From: Chthonomonadales bacterium
GTDB taxonomy: Bacteria > Armatimonadota > Chthonomonadetes > Chthonomonadales > CAJBBX01
NCBI GenBank assembly: GCA_049967475.1
Contig: JBMFSQ010000001.1
Coordinates: forward strand, 118,600-182,599
Direction of reading: 5' to 3'
DNA length: 64,000 nucleotides
Both the position numbers and the translations under genes were made by a program. A model generated the notes under the pieces. It worked only from the letters and a program-made list of their open reading frames with translations, did no database searches and was not told where the DNA came from. This document shows, one piece after another, positions 11,001 through 19,351 of the stretch (its first letter is position 1; each line of letters begins with the position of its first letter).

Positions 11001-11281
11001 ATTACACTGGAACGCTTCGTGCGCGAGGAATGGCTCGGAATGAGGCTGTGGCGGAGGCCGGAGCGACGCGCCTGCGTCCCATCCTGATGACGACACTGGC
11101 CACCATGTTGGGGATGCTTCCGGTAGCCCTGCGCATCGGCCGCGCTTCGGAGCTGCGTGCGCCCATGGCCATCGTGGTAATCGGCGGTCTGCTTCTATCA
11201 ACCCTTCTGACACTCGTGGTGGTTCCGCTCCTATACACGCTCTTCGATGACCTGCGGGAGCGCCTCATCCGCCGGGTTTGA
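8096..11281 (+). CDS. AcrB/AcrD/AcrF-family RND transporter
   Basis: YPGAGPREVE, GILIDDSIVVLE, SFTLTPSL, RNAILLIDY, RLRPILMT; 1061 aa. Confidence 0.95.
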   Translation: MWLTKLAIARPVVIWMALAAVAILGVLAYLRLPADLNPQVDIPTVTVVTVYPGAGPREVEALVTKPLEDAVGSVSGVKDVFSSSQEAVSIISMDLVVGTDMDRAVAAIREKVDAARALLPDGAQTPVVARLDINAQPVLYLAVTADRPLSELWNTVNDVLKPRLARVVGVASVTVLGGERQEVRVDVSARRLEEYGVTLEDVVNAVKAGSQNVPGGSVEQGRRQIGVRTLAAFTRLEEIRQAQILSPALMMASPPLFPGMVPGSLKPALPAPVTIGDVARVYEAPQRPRTLTRANGRPSIGIVITKTADANTVSVVDGVKRMLAQLRPTLPPDVRFITSRDDAGVVRDALNDVDATLVLGAILAMLVVFVFLHNIRGTVIVALALPACMVATFLAMYFAHFTLNQMTLLALSLSVGILIDDSIVVLESITRHLGRGETPTEAAYNGRTEIGFASVTLTLSDVVVFLPIAFMGGIVGAFFRQFGLTVVAATLFSLVVSFTLTPSLASRWYRQGEDPEHPRGGIFFTFEAWYRRVTLGYQRLLHGALRHRTAVLAWATVLLIAAALVIAPSLGFEFLPATDQGQIVVTAELPPDASLEATDRIARKIEARLVGQPDVENYVTTVGQILGGFGAIPQQGPQYAQINVRLWNRAGLLERLLALGRTPPHTRTRTDAQVVEAIRSSLSGIAGARITVAPVRTVANVGPPVQIQLRGADLNDLTSAATQLRDRLRQMPGVFDADISVRPGRSELAVRVDRVKAAAMDLPPAEVGLMVRDALEGNAESVLREGGTEKPIRVELADIDRNDREDMVRLPVGVSQGRAVLLGQVSDFNMETAPTAIDRINGQRMVTVTANLAPGYALGTAQADIDARRADIPMPGIEVHWGGETEAMQENAGYFAMALGLAVVLVYLVMASLFNSLLNPFVIMFTLPMALVGGLGALALTGSTLSLVAMIGIIMLVGLMGRNAILLIDYTGTLRARGMARNEAVAEAGATRLRPILMTTLATMLGMLPVALRIGRASELRAPMAIVVIGGLLLSTLLTLVVVPLLYTLFDDLRERLIRRV

Positions 11282-11344
11282 CGTGCGCGTTTCTGCGTCG
11301 GTTAGCGTGTTTTCTCAAGATCCATACGCTCCTTGTCCCGACCG

Positions 11345-11352
11345 GGTAGAAT
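11345..11352 (+). promoter_or_regulatory. Candidate -10 element (GGTAGAAT) for an internal hpnJK promoter
   Basis: TAGAAT about 28 nt upstream of the hpnJ ATG, followed by a GAGGAGG RBS; no clear -35. Confidence 0.35.
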
Positions 11353-11379
11353 GTAGCGGGTAAGAGGAGGCCAGATACC

Positions 11380-12843
11380 ATGAGGAAGACGCTCTTTTTG
11401 AGCCCGCCATCGTTCGAGGGCTTCGACGGAGGCGCGGGCAGCCGATATCAGGCTCGGAGGGAGATCACTTCCTTCTGGTATCCTACTTGGTTGGCTCAAC
11501 CGGCTGCTTTGGTGCCCGGAAGCAGGCTCGTTGATGCCCCGCCCCATGGCCTCTCCGTAGGCGACGTGCTGCAGATTGCTAGGGACTATGAGCTGGTAAT
11601 CCTGCATACGAGCACCCCATCACTGCCCAACGACATCAAGTGCGCCGAAGCCATCAAGGCTCAGAACCCCGGCACGTTGGTGGGGATGATCGGCGCTCAC
11701 GTGGCCGTGCTCCCCGAAGAGACGTTGCGTCAGGCGCCGGTGCTGGATTTCGTGTGCCGCAACGAATTCGATTATACGTGCCTTGAAGTAGCGCAAGGGC
11801 TGCCTTTTTCCCAGATACGGGGTCTCAGCTACAGGGACGCTGCGGGCAACATCGTGCACAACCCCGAGCGCGAGCTTGTACCCGATTGGGATGCCATGCC
11901 TAGCGTGCTGCCTGTATACCACCGGGACCTGGATATCGAGAAGTATTTCATCGGTTACTTGCTCCACCCATACATCTCGTTCTACACAGGGCGTGGATGC
12001 CCGGCAAAGTGCACATTCTGCCTGTGGCCGCAGACCATCGGGGGGCACAAGTACCGCACGAAGTCTCCGGCAGTTGTAATCCGGGAGCTGGAAGAGGGTA
12101 AGGCCCTCTGGGGCGACCGCGTGCGGGAGTGGATGTTCGACGACGACACGTTTACCATAGACAAGGCACGGGCCATCGAGATCAGCAAGGGGCTCAAGAG
12201 GCTCAAACTTACCTGGTCCTGCAATGCCCGCGCACACGTGGATTACGACACGCTCAAGCAACTTCGTGACAATGGGTTGCGCCTGCTGCTTGTGGGGTTT
12301 GAGAGTGGGAACCAGGCAATCCTCAACCGGATCAAGAAGGGCATCACGCTGGATATGGCTCGGCAGTTCATGAAGAATTGCCACAAACTAGGCATCAAGG
12401 TGCACGGCACGTTCATCATTGGGCTTCCTTTGGAGACGAAGGAGACCATCGAAGAGACGATACGGTTTGCACAAGAGCTGGATCCTCACACCATCCAGGT
12501 GTCTATTGCCGCCCCCTATCCCGGCACAGAGCTTTACGACCAGGCGGTGCGCAACGGGTGGTTGGACTCCAACGTCCTCGTTGCCGGGAGCGGCATCCAG
12601 ACCTCCACGCTCCGTTATCCTAACTTATCTCCGGAGGAGATGGAGGAAGCGGTGGAGCGGATGTACAAGCGGTTCTACTTCCGCCTCAAACCCATCCTTC
12701 GCATCGTCCGTGAGATGGCTGGGGACCGGCAGATGCTGGTGCGGCGCCTGCGGGAGGGGCGCGAGTTCTTCGACTATCTGAAGGAGCGCAAGCAGATTGC
12801 CCGGGCTCACCAGGGTCAACGGGCCTCTCAAGGTGCGGTATAG
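11380..12843 (+). CDS. hpnJ: Hopanoid biosynthesis radical SAM protein HpnJ
   Basis: PPSFEGFDGGAGSRYQARREITSFWYPTWLAQPAA N-terminus, GRGCPAKCTFCLWPQTIGGH, FDDDTFT. Confidence 0.93.
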   Translation: MRKTLFLSPPSFEGFDGGAGSRYQARREITSFWYPTWLAQPAALVPGSRLVDAPPHGLSVGDVLQIARDYELVILHTSTPSLPNDIKCAEAIKAQNPGTLVGMIGAHVAVLPEETLRQAPVLDFVCRNEFDYTCLEVAQGLPFSQIRGLSYRDAAGNIVHNPERELVPDWDAMPSVLPVYHRDLDIEKYFIGYLLHPYISFYTGRGCPAKCTFCLWPQTIGGHKYRTKSPAVVIRELEEGKALWGDRVREWMFDDDTFTIDKARAIEISKGLKRLKLTWSCNARAHVDYDTLKQLRDNGLRLLLVGFESGNQAILNRIKKGITLDMARQFMKNCHKLGIKVHGTFIIGLPLETKETIEETIRFAQELDPHTIQVSIAAPYPGTELYDQAVRNGWLDSNVLVAGSGIQTSTLRYPNLSPEEMEEAVERMYKRFYFRLKPILRIVREMAGDRQMLVRRLREGREFFDYLKERKQIARAHQGQRASQGAV

Positions 12844-12899
12844 ACCTGCATCCTCCTGGGGATTGCTGCACTGCGCGGGGAATGCAGCCGGTGCCTGCA

Positions 12900-13745
12900 A
12901 TGCGCGGCCTCATACTCAACGCCGACGACTTCGGAGCCAGCCCTCGGGTGAACGAGGCGGTGGCGCGGGCGTTCGGGGAGGGAGTTCTCACCAGCGCCAG
13001 TCTCATGGTGAGCGAAGAGGCGTCCGGCTCTGCCGTGTGCCTCGCTCGGCAGCACCCTGGGCTGGCGGTCGGCTTGCATTTGGTGCTGAGCTGCGGCTCC
13101 GCGGCCCTGCCAAGGGAGCAGATCCCGCATCTGGTAGGGCGAGACGGCCGCTTTTTTCCCTCACCTGCTGTGGCAGGGCTCAGAGTTTTCTACCATCCTG
13201 AAGCCCGCCGGGAGGCCGCCAAGGAGATCGCGACCCAGTTCGAGCGCTTTGCAGACACTGGGGTGCCCTTCGACCACGTAAACGGCCATCAGCACCTGCA
13301 TCTGCACCCGGTGATTTGGCGGCTGGTGATGCGCCAGTGCCGCAGGTTCGGCGTAGGTGCGGTGCGTATTCCCTTTGAGGAGTTGCGGCTCTTCACCCCA
13401 GGCCGCATGGTGGGGCGGGTGGCGGAGTGGGCGGCCTTTCGGGCGCTCCGCGCCTGGTGTCTTAGGCAGGCCCGGGAGAACAACCTTGTAACCGCCGTTC
13501 GCGTCTATGGGCATCTCGAAACAGGTCGGGTCACCGAGCATTACCTGCTGTATTTGCTGGATCGCCTCCCGGCCGGGGTAAGTGAGGTTTATCTTCATCC
13601 CGGCGCAGGCGATGATGGCGATGGTGAGCTTGAAGCTTTGCTGAGTGCATCGGTAAGGCGCCGGATGCAAGAGCGGGGCGTGGCTCCGTTCACCTATAGC
13701 CGCCTGGCGGCTTTCATTGCCGACGGGAAGATGCCTGCCGCCTAG
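12900..13745 (+). CDS. hpnK: HpnK / YdjC-ChbG family deacetylase
   Basis: NADDFG, SASLMV, VGLHLVL, DHVNGHQHLHLHP, EVYLHP; follows hpnJ. Confidence 0.85.
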   Translation: MRGLILNADDFGASPRVNEAVARAFGEGVLTSASLMVSEEASGSAVCLARQHPGLAVGLHLVLSCGSAALPREQIPHLVGRDGRFFPSPAVAGLRVFYHPEARREAAKEIATQFERFADTGVPFDHVNGHQHLHLHPVIWRLVMRQCRRFGVGAVRIPFEELRLFTPGRMVGRVAEWAAFRALRAWCLRQARENNLVTAVRVYGHLETGRVTEHYLLYLLDRLPAGVSEVYLHPGAGDDGDGELEALLSASVRRRMQERGVAPFTYSRLAAFIADGKMPAA

Positions 13746-13750
13746 GGGCG

Positions 13751-14563
13751 TTATCTGTAAACCCTGGCGGACCGGGTGCGGGAAGCGGCAAGAAGCGTGC
13801 GCCGTTCCTCGTAATTCCAGCGGTTGGCGTAGACGAGGATCACATTGGTGAGCCATCGTCTGGGGCGGATGAGCATCTTGCCTTTGTAATAGAGTCCCAG
13901 CGAAGAGCCCGCATCCAGATTGATTGCGTTGATTGCGCCCAGGGCGCGCATTGCGCGGGCGAGCCTGGAAAGGTATACCGGTTTGCGCGTCGCGACAAAT
14001 ACGAGCACGTTGCTCCGTGTGACACCTACCGCGAGGCGGCTGTTGTGTGTCAGCATCCGCTGATCGTGGAAGCCTTCGGGCCGCGGATCCACGTACACGA
14101 GGCCGTCGTGGATGAGCCTTGGGCCGCTGCGAAGCACAAAGTCGAAGCGGCTCCAATCCTGGTGCGTATATCGCTTGGGCTGGAGGAACTCGACCTCGTT
14201 GTTATCGGTAATGCACAGGGCCGTGCCGACACCGCCAAAATGGGCAAGCTCACCATCAATGACGATGTCTCCGATAGGAACGTGGTTGCGCGTACTGAAG
14301 AAAGTACCGGTGACCGCAACGGTAGGCTCTGCGCGACGCACCATTTGGGCAAACGGCTCCGCGTGGCCCGCGCCATACCTGGCAAGTTCCGCCGTCACTT
14401 TGACGTTCAGATCTTTCAGATCCACGAAGATTGCCTTTACGGGCACGCCGGCGGCGTAAGTCTCTACCATGCGGATGCTCTGGGCGTGTGCAGGCACGTG
14501 GCCGGCTAGAGCGGCCGCGACCATCGCGGTGAGCACCGTGTTGGCTTTGTTGCGGGTGTGCAT
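13751..14563 (-). CDS. Secreted phosphodiester glycosidase (NAGPA-like) family protein
   Basis: Signal peptide ending AHA-Q; TGTFF, SGPRLI, SRLAVG, AINLDAGSS (variant of NLDGGGS). Confidence 0.8.
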   Translation of the reverse strand: MHTRNKANTVLTAMVAAALAGHVPAHAQSIRMVETYAAGVPVKAIFVDLKDLNVKVTAELARYGAGHAEPFAQMVRRAEPTVAVTGTFFSTRNHVPIGDIVIDGELAHFGGVGTALCITDNNEVEFLQPKRYTHQDWSRFDFVLRSGPRLIHDGLVYVDPRPEGFHDQRMLTHNSRLAVGVTRSNVLVFVATRKPVYLSRLARAMRALGAINAINLDAGSSLGLYYKGKMLIRPRRWLTNVILVYANRWNYEERRTLLAASRTRSARVYR

Positions 14564-14570
14564 CAATGAG

Positions 14571-14594
14571 TTCGCCTTGGCAGGATGCAGTCCT
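14571..14594 (-). promoter_or_regulatory. Sigma-H-like promoter AGGA-N16-CGAA
   Basis: Minus strand AAAGGACTGCATCCTGCCAAGGCGAAC, 7 nt before the ATG at 14563. Confidence 0.5.
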
Positions 14595-14760
14595 TTGGTG
14601 ATCTTTCCCCGGTTTGCATCGGTGTGGCTGCACGGTTCTGCGTGAAGATTGTTCCATATCCGGCAGCCGCAGCGCATTCCGAAGGAAGTTGGATTGTTCA
14701 CCGACCCCAAGCGCGCCGGACCCAGCCTGCGGCGGCAGCATCAGACACAGGCAGTGCCGA

Positions 14761-16260
14761 TCAAGGCTTCAGCACGAAGGCGTCTATACCCACCAGCGTG
14801 CCTACGGATTGAGGGTTCTTGCCTGTGATCCGCACTACGATGGGATTGCCTCCAGTCTTGAGGCTCACTCGACCGAGGCTCACCGCACCTGAGGGCACTA
14901 CGTCGGGATTGTACAGATCAACCTCGGGGCCGACAGGCCGGCCGTTGTAGAGGATCTGGATGCGGCCGTAGTCCTTGGCCTTGGTGAAATAGCCGACGAG
15001 TTCGTAGGTGCCTGCTGCGGCGACTGGGAGCATGAGAGTCAACTCGTCACCTGGTTTGCCGCCAGTCCACCAAAGCTGGCTCTCGCCGCTCCAATCGCCG
15101 TCGAAGGATCCCATGTCTTGGGTGGATACTGATCCGCCGGTGGCTTTGGCGTTTGGAATGAGGGCTTCTCCTTCGATGGCGCCTTGGATCTTGAACGGAG
15201 GCGGCGGTACGAACGGCAGCAGATCTGCAGGATTGGCGGGTAGCGGTGGGAATGGAGCGTGGGGCTCCGACTGGTACCAATAGGCAACGCTCGAGTAATC
15301 GGCCTCCGTGTCGTTCTGATTGCCGTGCTCGATGGTTACGCGGATAGATTTGTGGAACGGAATGGCGTCCTCGATGTGCCACCGGTACGCGCTGATGCGG
15401 CCATGCTGATCATCTTTGATGACGCATCCGTGATAGGGAGCTGAGTAAGGACCTCGGTCGAAATACCAGCCGCTGGAGAAATAGTCTTCCGTACCTGTTC
15501 CATTGATGGAAGGGGTTGTTTCGCCGTCTATGTAGACCATCTCATCGCCTTCCAGGAAGCCCAGGCCGTGTCCCTTGCGGTTTTGCATGAACAGAGCGGT
15601 TCCAACATAGTGGCCCTGCCCCGTCGCTTCCAGGATGGTATAGTTCTTGCCCTTTGTCGTTGGGTTTTCGCGACGCCACTGGGCATGGAAATGGCGCAGA
15701 TCCTTAGGCAGGGATTTGTAAGCGGTGAAGTCTATGTTGTAGTAGAACGCGTCTATTCTGCGCTTGCTCAAGTTGGTGAGCGTCCATTTGGCGGACTTAT
15801 GAAAGGGCATGGGCCAATAGCAGTTGTACCCGCCGCTGGTTTCGTTGAGGGGGAGGGAGATATAATCGTGCTGTTCTCCAAAGCCCACTCCGAAAAAATC
15901 TCCGATGGGGACCTCTACACTGGGTGTCGGCTCGTCGTCCCAGTACATGCGCAGGATTGCCTGGCGGTGGATGGTCATTTCCGACCGTGGAGCGATGGTT
16001 ACCCAGAAGCGCCGGATGATGCCTGCGCCTTTGTAATCGAGAAGGGTGATCGTTTGGCCGGGATCTACCGGGCGTGCATCGCCGTTCCCCCCGGATCGGT
16101 CCCAGCTTCCTTCGTGTTTCGCGATGCCGTCGTGGGGAAGTACGAGGCCGGCTAGGGGACTGCCCAATACCGCCGCCGGATTGCGCCCTTGGGCGGCTGC
16201 AAGCATGGGCGCTGCTAGCGTGAGCAGGGCTACATAGAAGCACAGAGATTTCTGGCGCAT
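14761..16260 (-). CDS. GH172 (DUF2961) glycoside hydrolase with extra C-terminal beta-sandwich domain
   Basis: SWDRSGGNGD, LRMYWDDE.PSVEVPIGDFFG, NCYWPMPF, EGDE, GTGTEDYF, YRWHIED, IEHG; signal peptide. Confidence 0.9.
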   Translation of the reverse strand: MRQKSLCFYVALLTLAAPMLAAAQGRNPAAVLGSPLAGLVLPHDGIAKHEGSWDRSGGNGDARPVDPGQTITLLDYKGAGIIRRFWVTIAPRSEMTIHRQAILRMYWDDEPTPSVEVPIGDFFGVGFGEQHDYISLPLNETSGGYNCYWPMPFHKSAKWTLTNLSKRRIDAFYYNIDFTAYKSLPKDLRHFHAQWRRENPTTKGKNYTILEATGQGHYVGTALFMQNRKGHGLGFLEGDEMVYIDGETTPSINGTGTEDYFSSGWYFDRGPYSAPYHGCVIKDDQHGRISAYRWHIEDAIPFHKSIRVTIEHGNQNDTEADYSSVAYWYQSEPHAPFPPLPANPADLLPFVPPPPFKIQGAIEGEALIPNAKATGGSVSTQDMGSFDGDWSGESQLWWTGGKPGDELTLMLPVAAAGTYELVGYFTKAKDYGRIQILYNGRPVGPEVDLYNPDVVPSGAVSLGRVSLKTGGNPIVVRITGKNPQSVGTLVGIDAFVLKP

Positions 16261-16292
16261 GGCATTCTCCTCAAATTCATGGTCGGACGGCT

Positions 16293-18284
16293 CTAGGGTG
16301 CCTTCTTCAAAACGATATCGTCATCGGAAGCGCGCAAAACAGCATCGTAGTACGCTTTTACTTGTGCATACTGATCGGCAGGCATGCGGCCTGGACGCGA
16401 CACGCTCGTAACCCGGATCGTCAGCGAGCGCCCATCCGGCGCAGGAGCGATGGTCCGCGTGTATTCGAACAGGGGACACGCGATATGAACATCCTCGGGT
16501 GTGTCTTCGATGACGTACCCCGACGGAAGATTGATCACGGTTTCGCTCGTTTGGAGGTTCGCCTCTTCCACTACGATGGGCCAAATCCGGCGCTCTTTGA
16601 CGAACGGGTTCGTCTTCTCGGGGCCGCCGGCTAGGTTCGCCACGGGAACGATAAGCAGGGACCGGGTTCGCTTCGCGCGGTTCGGGGCTGTAAGAGCCAG
16701 GCGGATGAGGTACGGGTCCCGTTTGTCGGTGCCGTCGGGAAGGGTGTACGAGTTTACGACCCCGCCGGGTGAAAAGGACTGTGCCATGGCCTGGACCACT
16801 TCCTTGCGCTGATCGGGGGTGATGCTGCGAATGTAGGCTCGCCACTGTTCTGCGGTGGATCCCTTCATGGCGGTTGTAAGCTGGATTTTGGCAGAACCGT
16901 CTGGGTTCAGATCCACACGCGTCACAGACGAGAAGCCGTTCTGATCGGGCTGAAAGCCGGGTATTGTCTCAAACGTTCCGCCGTTCTTTGTGATGACAAA
17001 GCCCTGGCAACCTCGATCTGCCGCGGGAATATCGCCGTAACCGCAGGTTTCGGCAGTGGCATCCAGCCAAACGGTCTTCCCATCCACCTCAGCCTGGGCG
17101 ATGCAGTGGTCGAAGGCATCCAGCCCCGGAAGCTGCCGGCTCACAGGCGCGCGGTATTGTGCTTGCAGGAGTACGGGCTGAGCCTTGATCCCTGCAGCCT
17201 GGAGCATCGCGATGAGGAGGATGGCTTTGTCTTTGCAGTCGCCGTAGAGTTTGTTGCACACGTCGGGTGCGGGGTGCGGCTTGAATGCCGAAAGCCCGAA
17301 TTCCAAGCCTACATACCGCACGCGATTGGCAACCCAGTCGTAGAGGGCCGCGGCTTTTTCGGCATCCGTATGCTTGCCGGCAATCGTTCGGGCCACAGTG
17401 TCTCGGATGGCGGGAGTGACGGTCATCTGGGGGCTGGCCAGCTTCCAGAACCATTGGGCGATGTCCTGCCAGGAGGCAATCGTGGTGACCTCCATCCAAG
17501 TTCGGATCTCTCGGAGGGGAGGCATGGCGGGCTCTACCTCGATAGGTCTTGCGTTGGTAAGCTGCCACGTGTAGATGCGCGTCTGGCCGTCGCCGGCTGT
17601 TGAGGTGGTGGATTTCACTCCGGCGTCGTTGTAAATTTGGAAGCGTATCTTCTTGTTTGCCGGCGCCGCCAGTGTGTAGCGGCTCAGAACCACGGGCTCC
17701 TGGCCTGTGAAGGCCCAAGTGTCCCAATAGTGCCCGGGCATGATGGCAGGGCGCGTAATTTCTTGCCACGTGTAGTCTATGACGCAGTCGTCTTCGATGC
17801 CCGGCATGGAAAAGCCGACGGCCATAGTGTCGCCGTAGAGCGGGTATTCCGAATACGGCGACGTCACGCGGATCTCGGAAGGGGACACTTCCAGGATGCG
17901 GCCGTCTCGAGTAATCGTGCGGGCCCTCAGCACTTTGATGCTCTGGTAGCTGGAATTGTAGGGGAGGTTCACCTCCGCCTGGGATCGCGCTCGTTCGTTA
18001 AAGAGCTTCAGCGTTTCGCGGTAATAAGCTACCACGGTGCCGTCGGGGCGGATGCGGACGTTTGCCAGGTCCAGCAGGCGGGCGTAGTTGCTGTTGGGCC
18101 ACTGTGCCGCTGCTGGGGCATTGCGCAGGGCTTGCTGGAGTTCGGGATCCAGGGACACGGGCTTGCTCGCGTGCTCGTGATGCCGCGAAGCGGAGTTCTG
18201 ACGAGCGCGGGCCGGCAACGGCCCTATCAGCATGGCGAGGAGCGCAAGAGAGCACGCCCCAAAAGAAAGGGAGCGGTAGTGCAC
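16293..18284 (-). CDS. DUF3857 + transglutaminase-like domain protein
   Basis: Signal peptide; catalytic-type GDCKDKA, FDHCI, WLDAT; VRYVGLEFG; GTG start after GAGGGG. Confidence 0.85.
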   Translation of the reverse strand: MHYRSLSFGACSLALLAMLIGPLPARARQNSASRHHEHASKPVSLDPELQQALRNAPAAAQWPNSNYARLLDLANVRIRPDGTVVAYYRETLKLFNERARSQAEVNLPYNSSYQSIKVLRARTITRDGRILEVSPSEIRVTSPYSEYPLYGDTMAVGFSMPGIEDDCVIDYTWQEITRPAIMPGHYWDTWAFTGQEPVVLSRYTLAAPANKKIRFQIYNDAGVKSTTSTAGDGQTRIYTWQLTNARPIEVEPAMPPLREIRTWMEVTTIASWQDIAQWFWKLASPQMTVTPAIRDTVARTIAGKHTDAEKAAALYDWVANRVRYVGLEFGLSAFKPHPAPDVCNKLYGDCKDKAILLIAMLQAAGIKAQPVLLQAQYRAPVSRQLPGLDAFDHCIAQAEVDGKTVWLDATAETCGYGDIPAADRGCQGFVITKNGGTFETIPGFQPDQNGFSSVTRVDLNPDGSAKIQLTTAMKGSTAEQWRAYIRSITPDQRKEVVQAMAQSFSPGGVVNSYTLPDGTDKRDPYLIRLALTAPNRAKRTRSLLIVPVANLAGGPEKTNPFVKERRIWPIVVEEANLQTSETVINLPSGYVIEDTPEDVHIACPLFEYTRTIAPAPDGRSLTIRVTSVSRPGRMPADQYAQVKAYYDAVLRASDDDIVLKKAP

Positions 18285-18388
18285 GGGTAATCCCCCTCGA
18301 ATTTGATGCCCGGGCCACGCCCGGTTACAGTGCAATACGGCTGGGCGGGGCCAATGGGATCCCATTACGCTCGCTTTGCGAGGCGAAT

Positions 18389-19351
18389 TCACAAGGCGTC
18401 GCCGCCGCGGTCGGCGTTCTCTTTCGTATAGATACGGGTGCCCAAGGTGACGACTTTGGGGACCGACTCGTTTTTGAGGATTTTGAGGGCCGTGTCTATG
18501 GCTTCTTTCCCTCCGGTAGGATACTGGAATGTGGCGGTGAGGATGCCATCCTTCACGAGGCGCACCCCTTCGGTGGGAAGGGCATCAATCCCAATGAATT
18601 TGATCTGCTTCTCTCTGCCTTTCCCTTCTTGGAGAGCGGCCTGGTAGGCACCGTTGGCGCTGGGATCATTGTGGGCATAGACGGCGTCTATGTGGGGGAA
18701 GCGGGCGAGCGCCGATGCCATTTCACGCTGCGCGTTGGGCTGCAGCCATTGGCAATCAGCGTCGAAGATGATGCGGATCTGGGAACCCTTGATACCCTCC
18801 ATGAAGCCCTCGTGGCGCTCCTGTGCCGGCGTAGAGGTCATGAGGCCTTTCAGTTCTACGATGTCGCCCTTGCCTCCGAGGAGCTTCACCATGAACTTAC
18901 CGGCTTCCCGCCCGATCTTCACGTTATCTCCGCCGATGAAGCACGTAAACTTATCTCCTTCTACCTTTCGGTCGAGCACGATGACGGGGATGCCGGCGTC
19001 CATAGCTTCCGCTACCGGGGCCGTGAGGGGTCGGGCTTCCTTGGGGCTGATGATGATGAGGTTTACGTGTTGCTGGATAAACTCGCGCACCTGAGCCTGC
19101 TGGGTTTCACTCTTGTTCTGAGCATCTCTGTAGATCACCTGGATCTCGGGATGGGCCTTGGCTGCATCTTCGATGTCGTGGTTCATTTGCACCCGCCACG
19201 GCTCGCCCAGATTGCACTGCGACATGCCGATGACCCATTGTGCCGACGGGTTCTGCCTGGCGGAGGATGATTGCGGCGCGTTGGCTCCGGGCTTGCCGCA
19301 TCCAACCAAGAGCGCTGCAAGGAATACTGAAAGCTTGGCCGTTCGTGTCAT
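18389..19351 (-). CDS. Sugar ABC transporter substrate-binding lipoprotein (RbsB-like)
   Basis: Lipobox LVGC; GIPVIVLDR, IGGDN, AHND, IGIDA. Confidence 0.9.
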   Translation of the reverse strand: MTRTAKLSVFLAALLVGCGKPGANAPQSSSARQNPSAQWVIGMSQCNLGEPWRVQMNHDIEDAAKAHPEIQVIYRDAQNKSETQQAQVREFIQQHVNLIIISPKEARPLTAPVAEAMDAGIPVIVLDRKVEGDKFTCFIGGDNVKIGREAGKFMVKLLGGKGDIVELKGLMTSTPAQERHEGFMEGIKGSQIRIIFDADCQWLQPNAQREMASALARFPHIDAVYAHNDPSANGAYQAALQEGKGREKQIKFIGIDALPTEGVRLVKDGILTATFQYPTGGKEAIDTALKILKNESVPKVVTLGTRIYTKENADRGGDAL

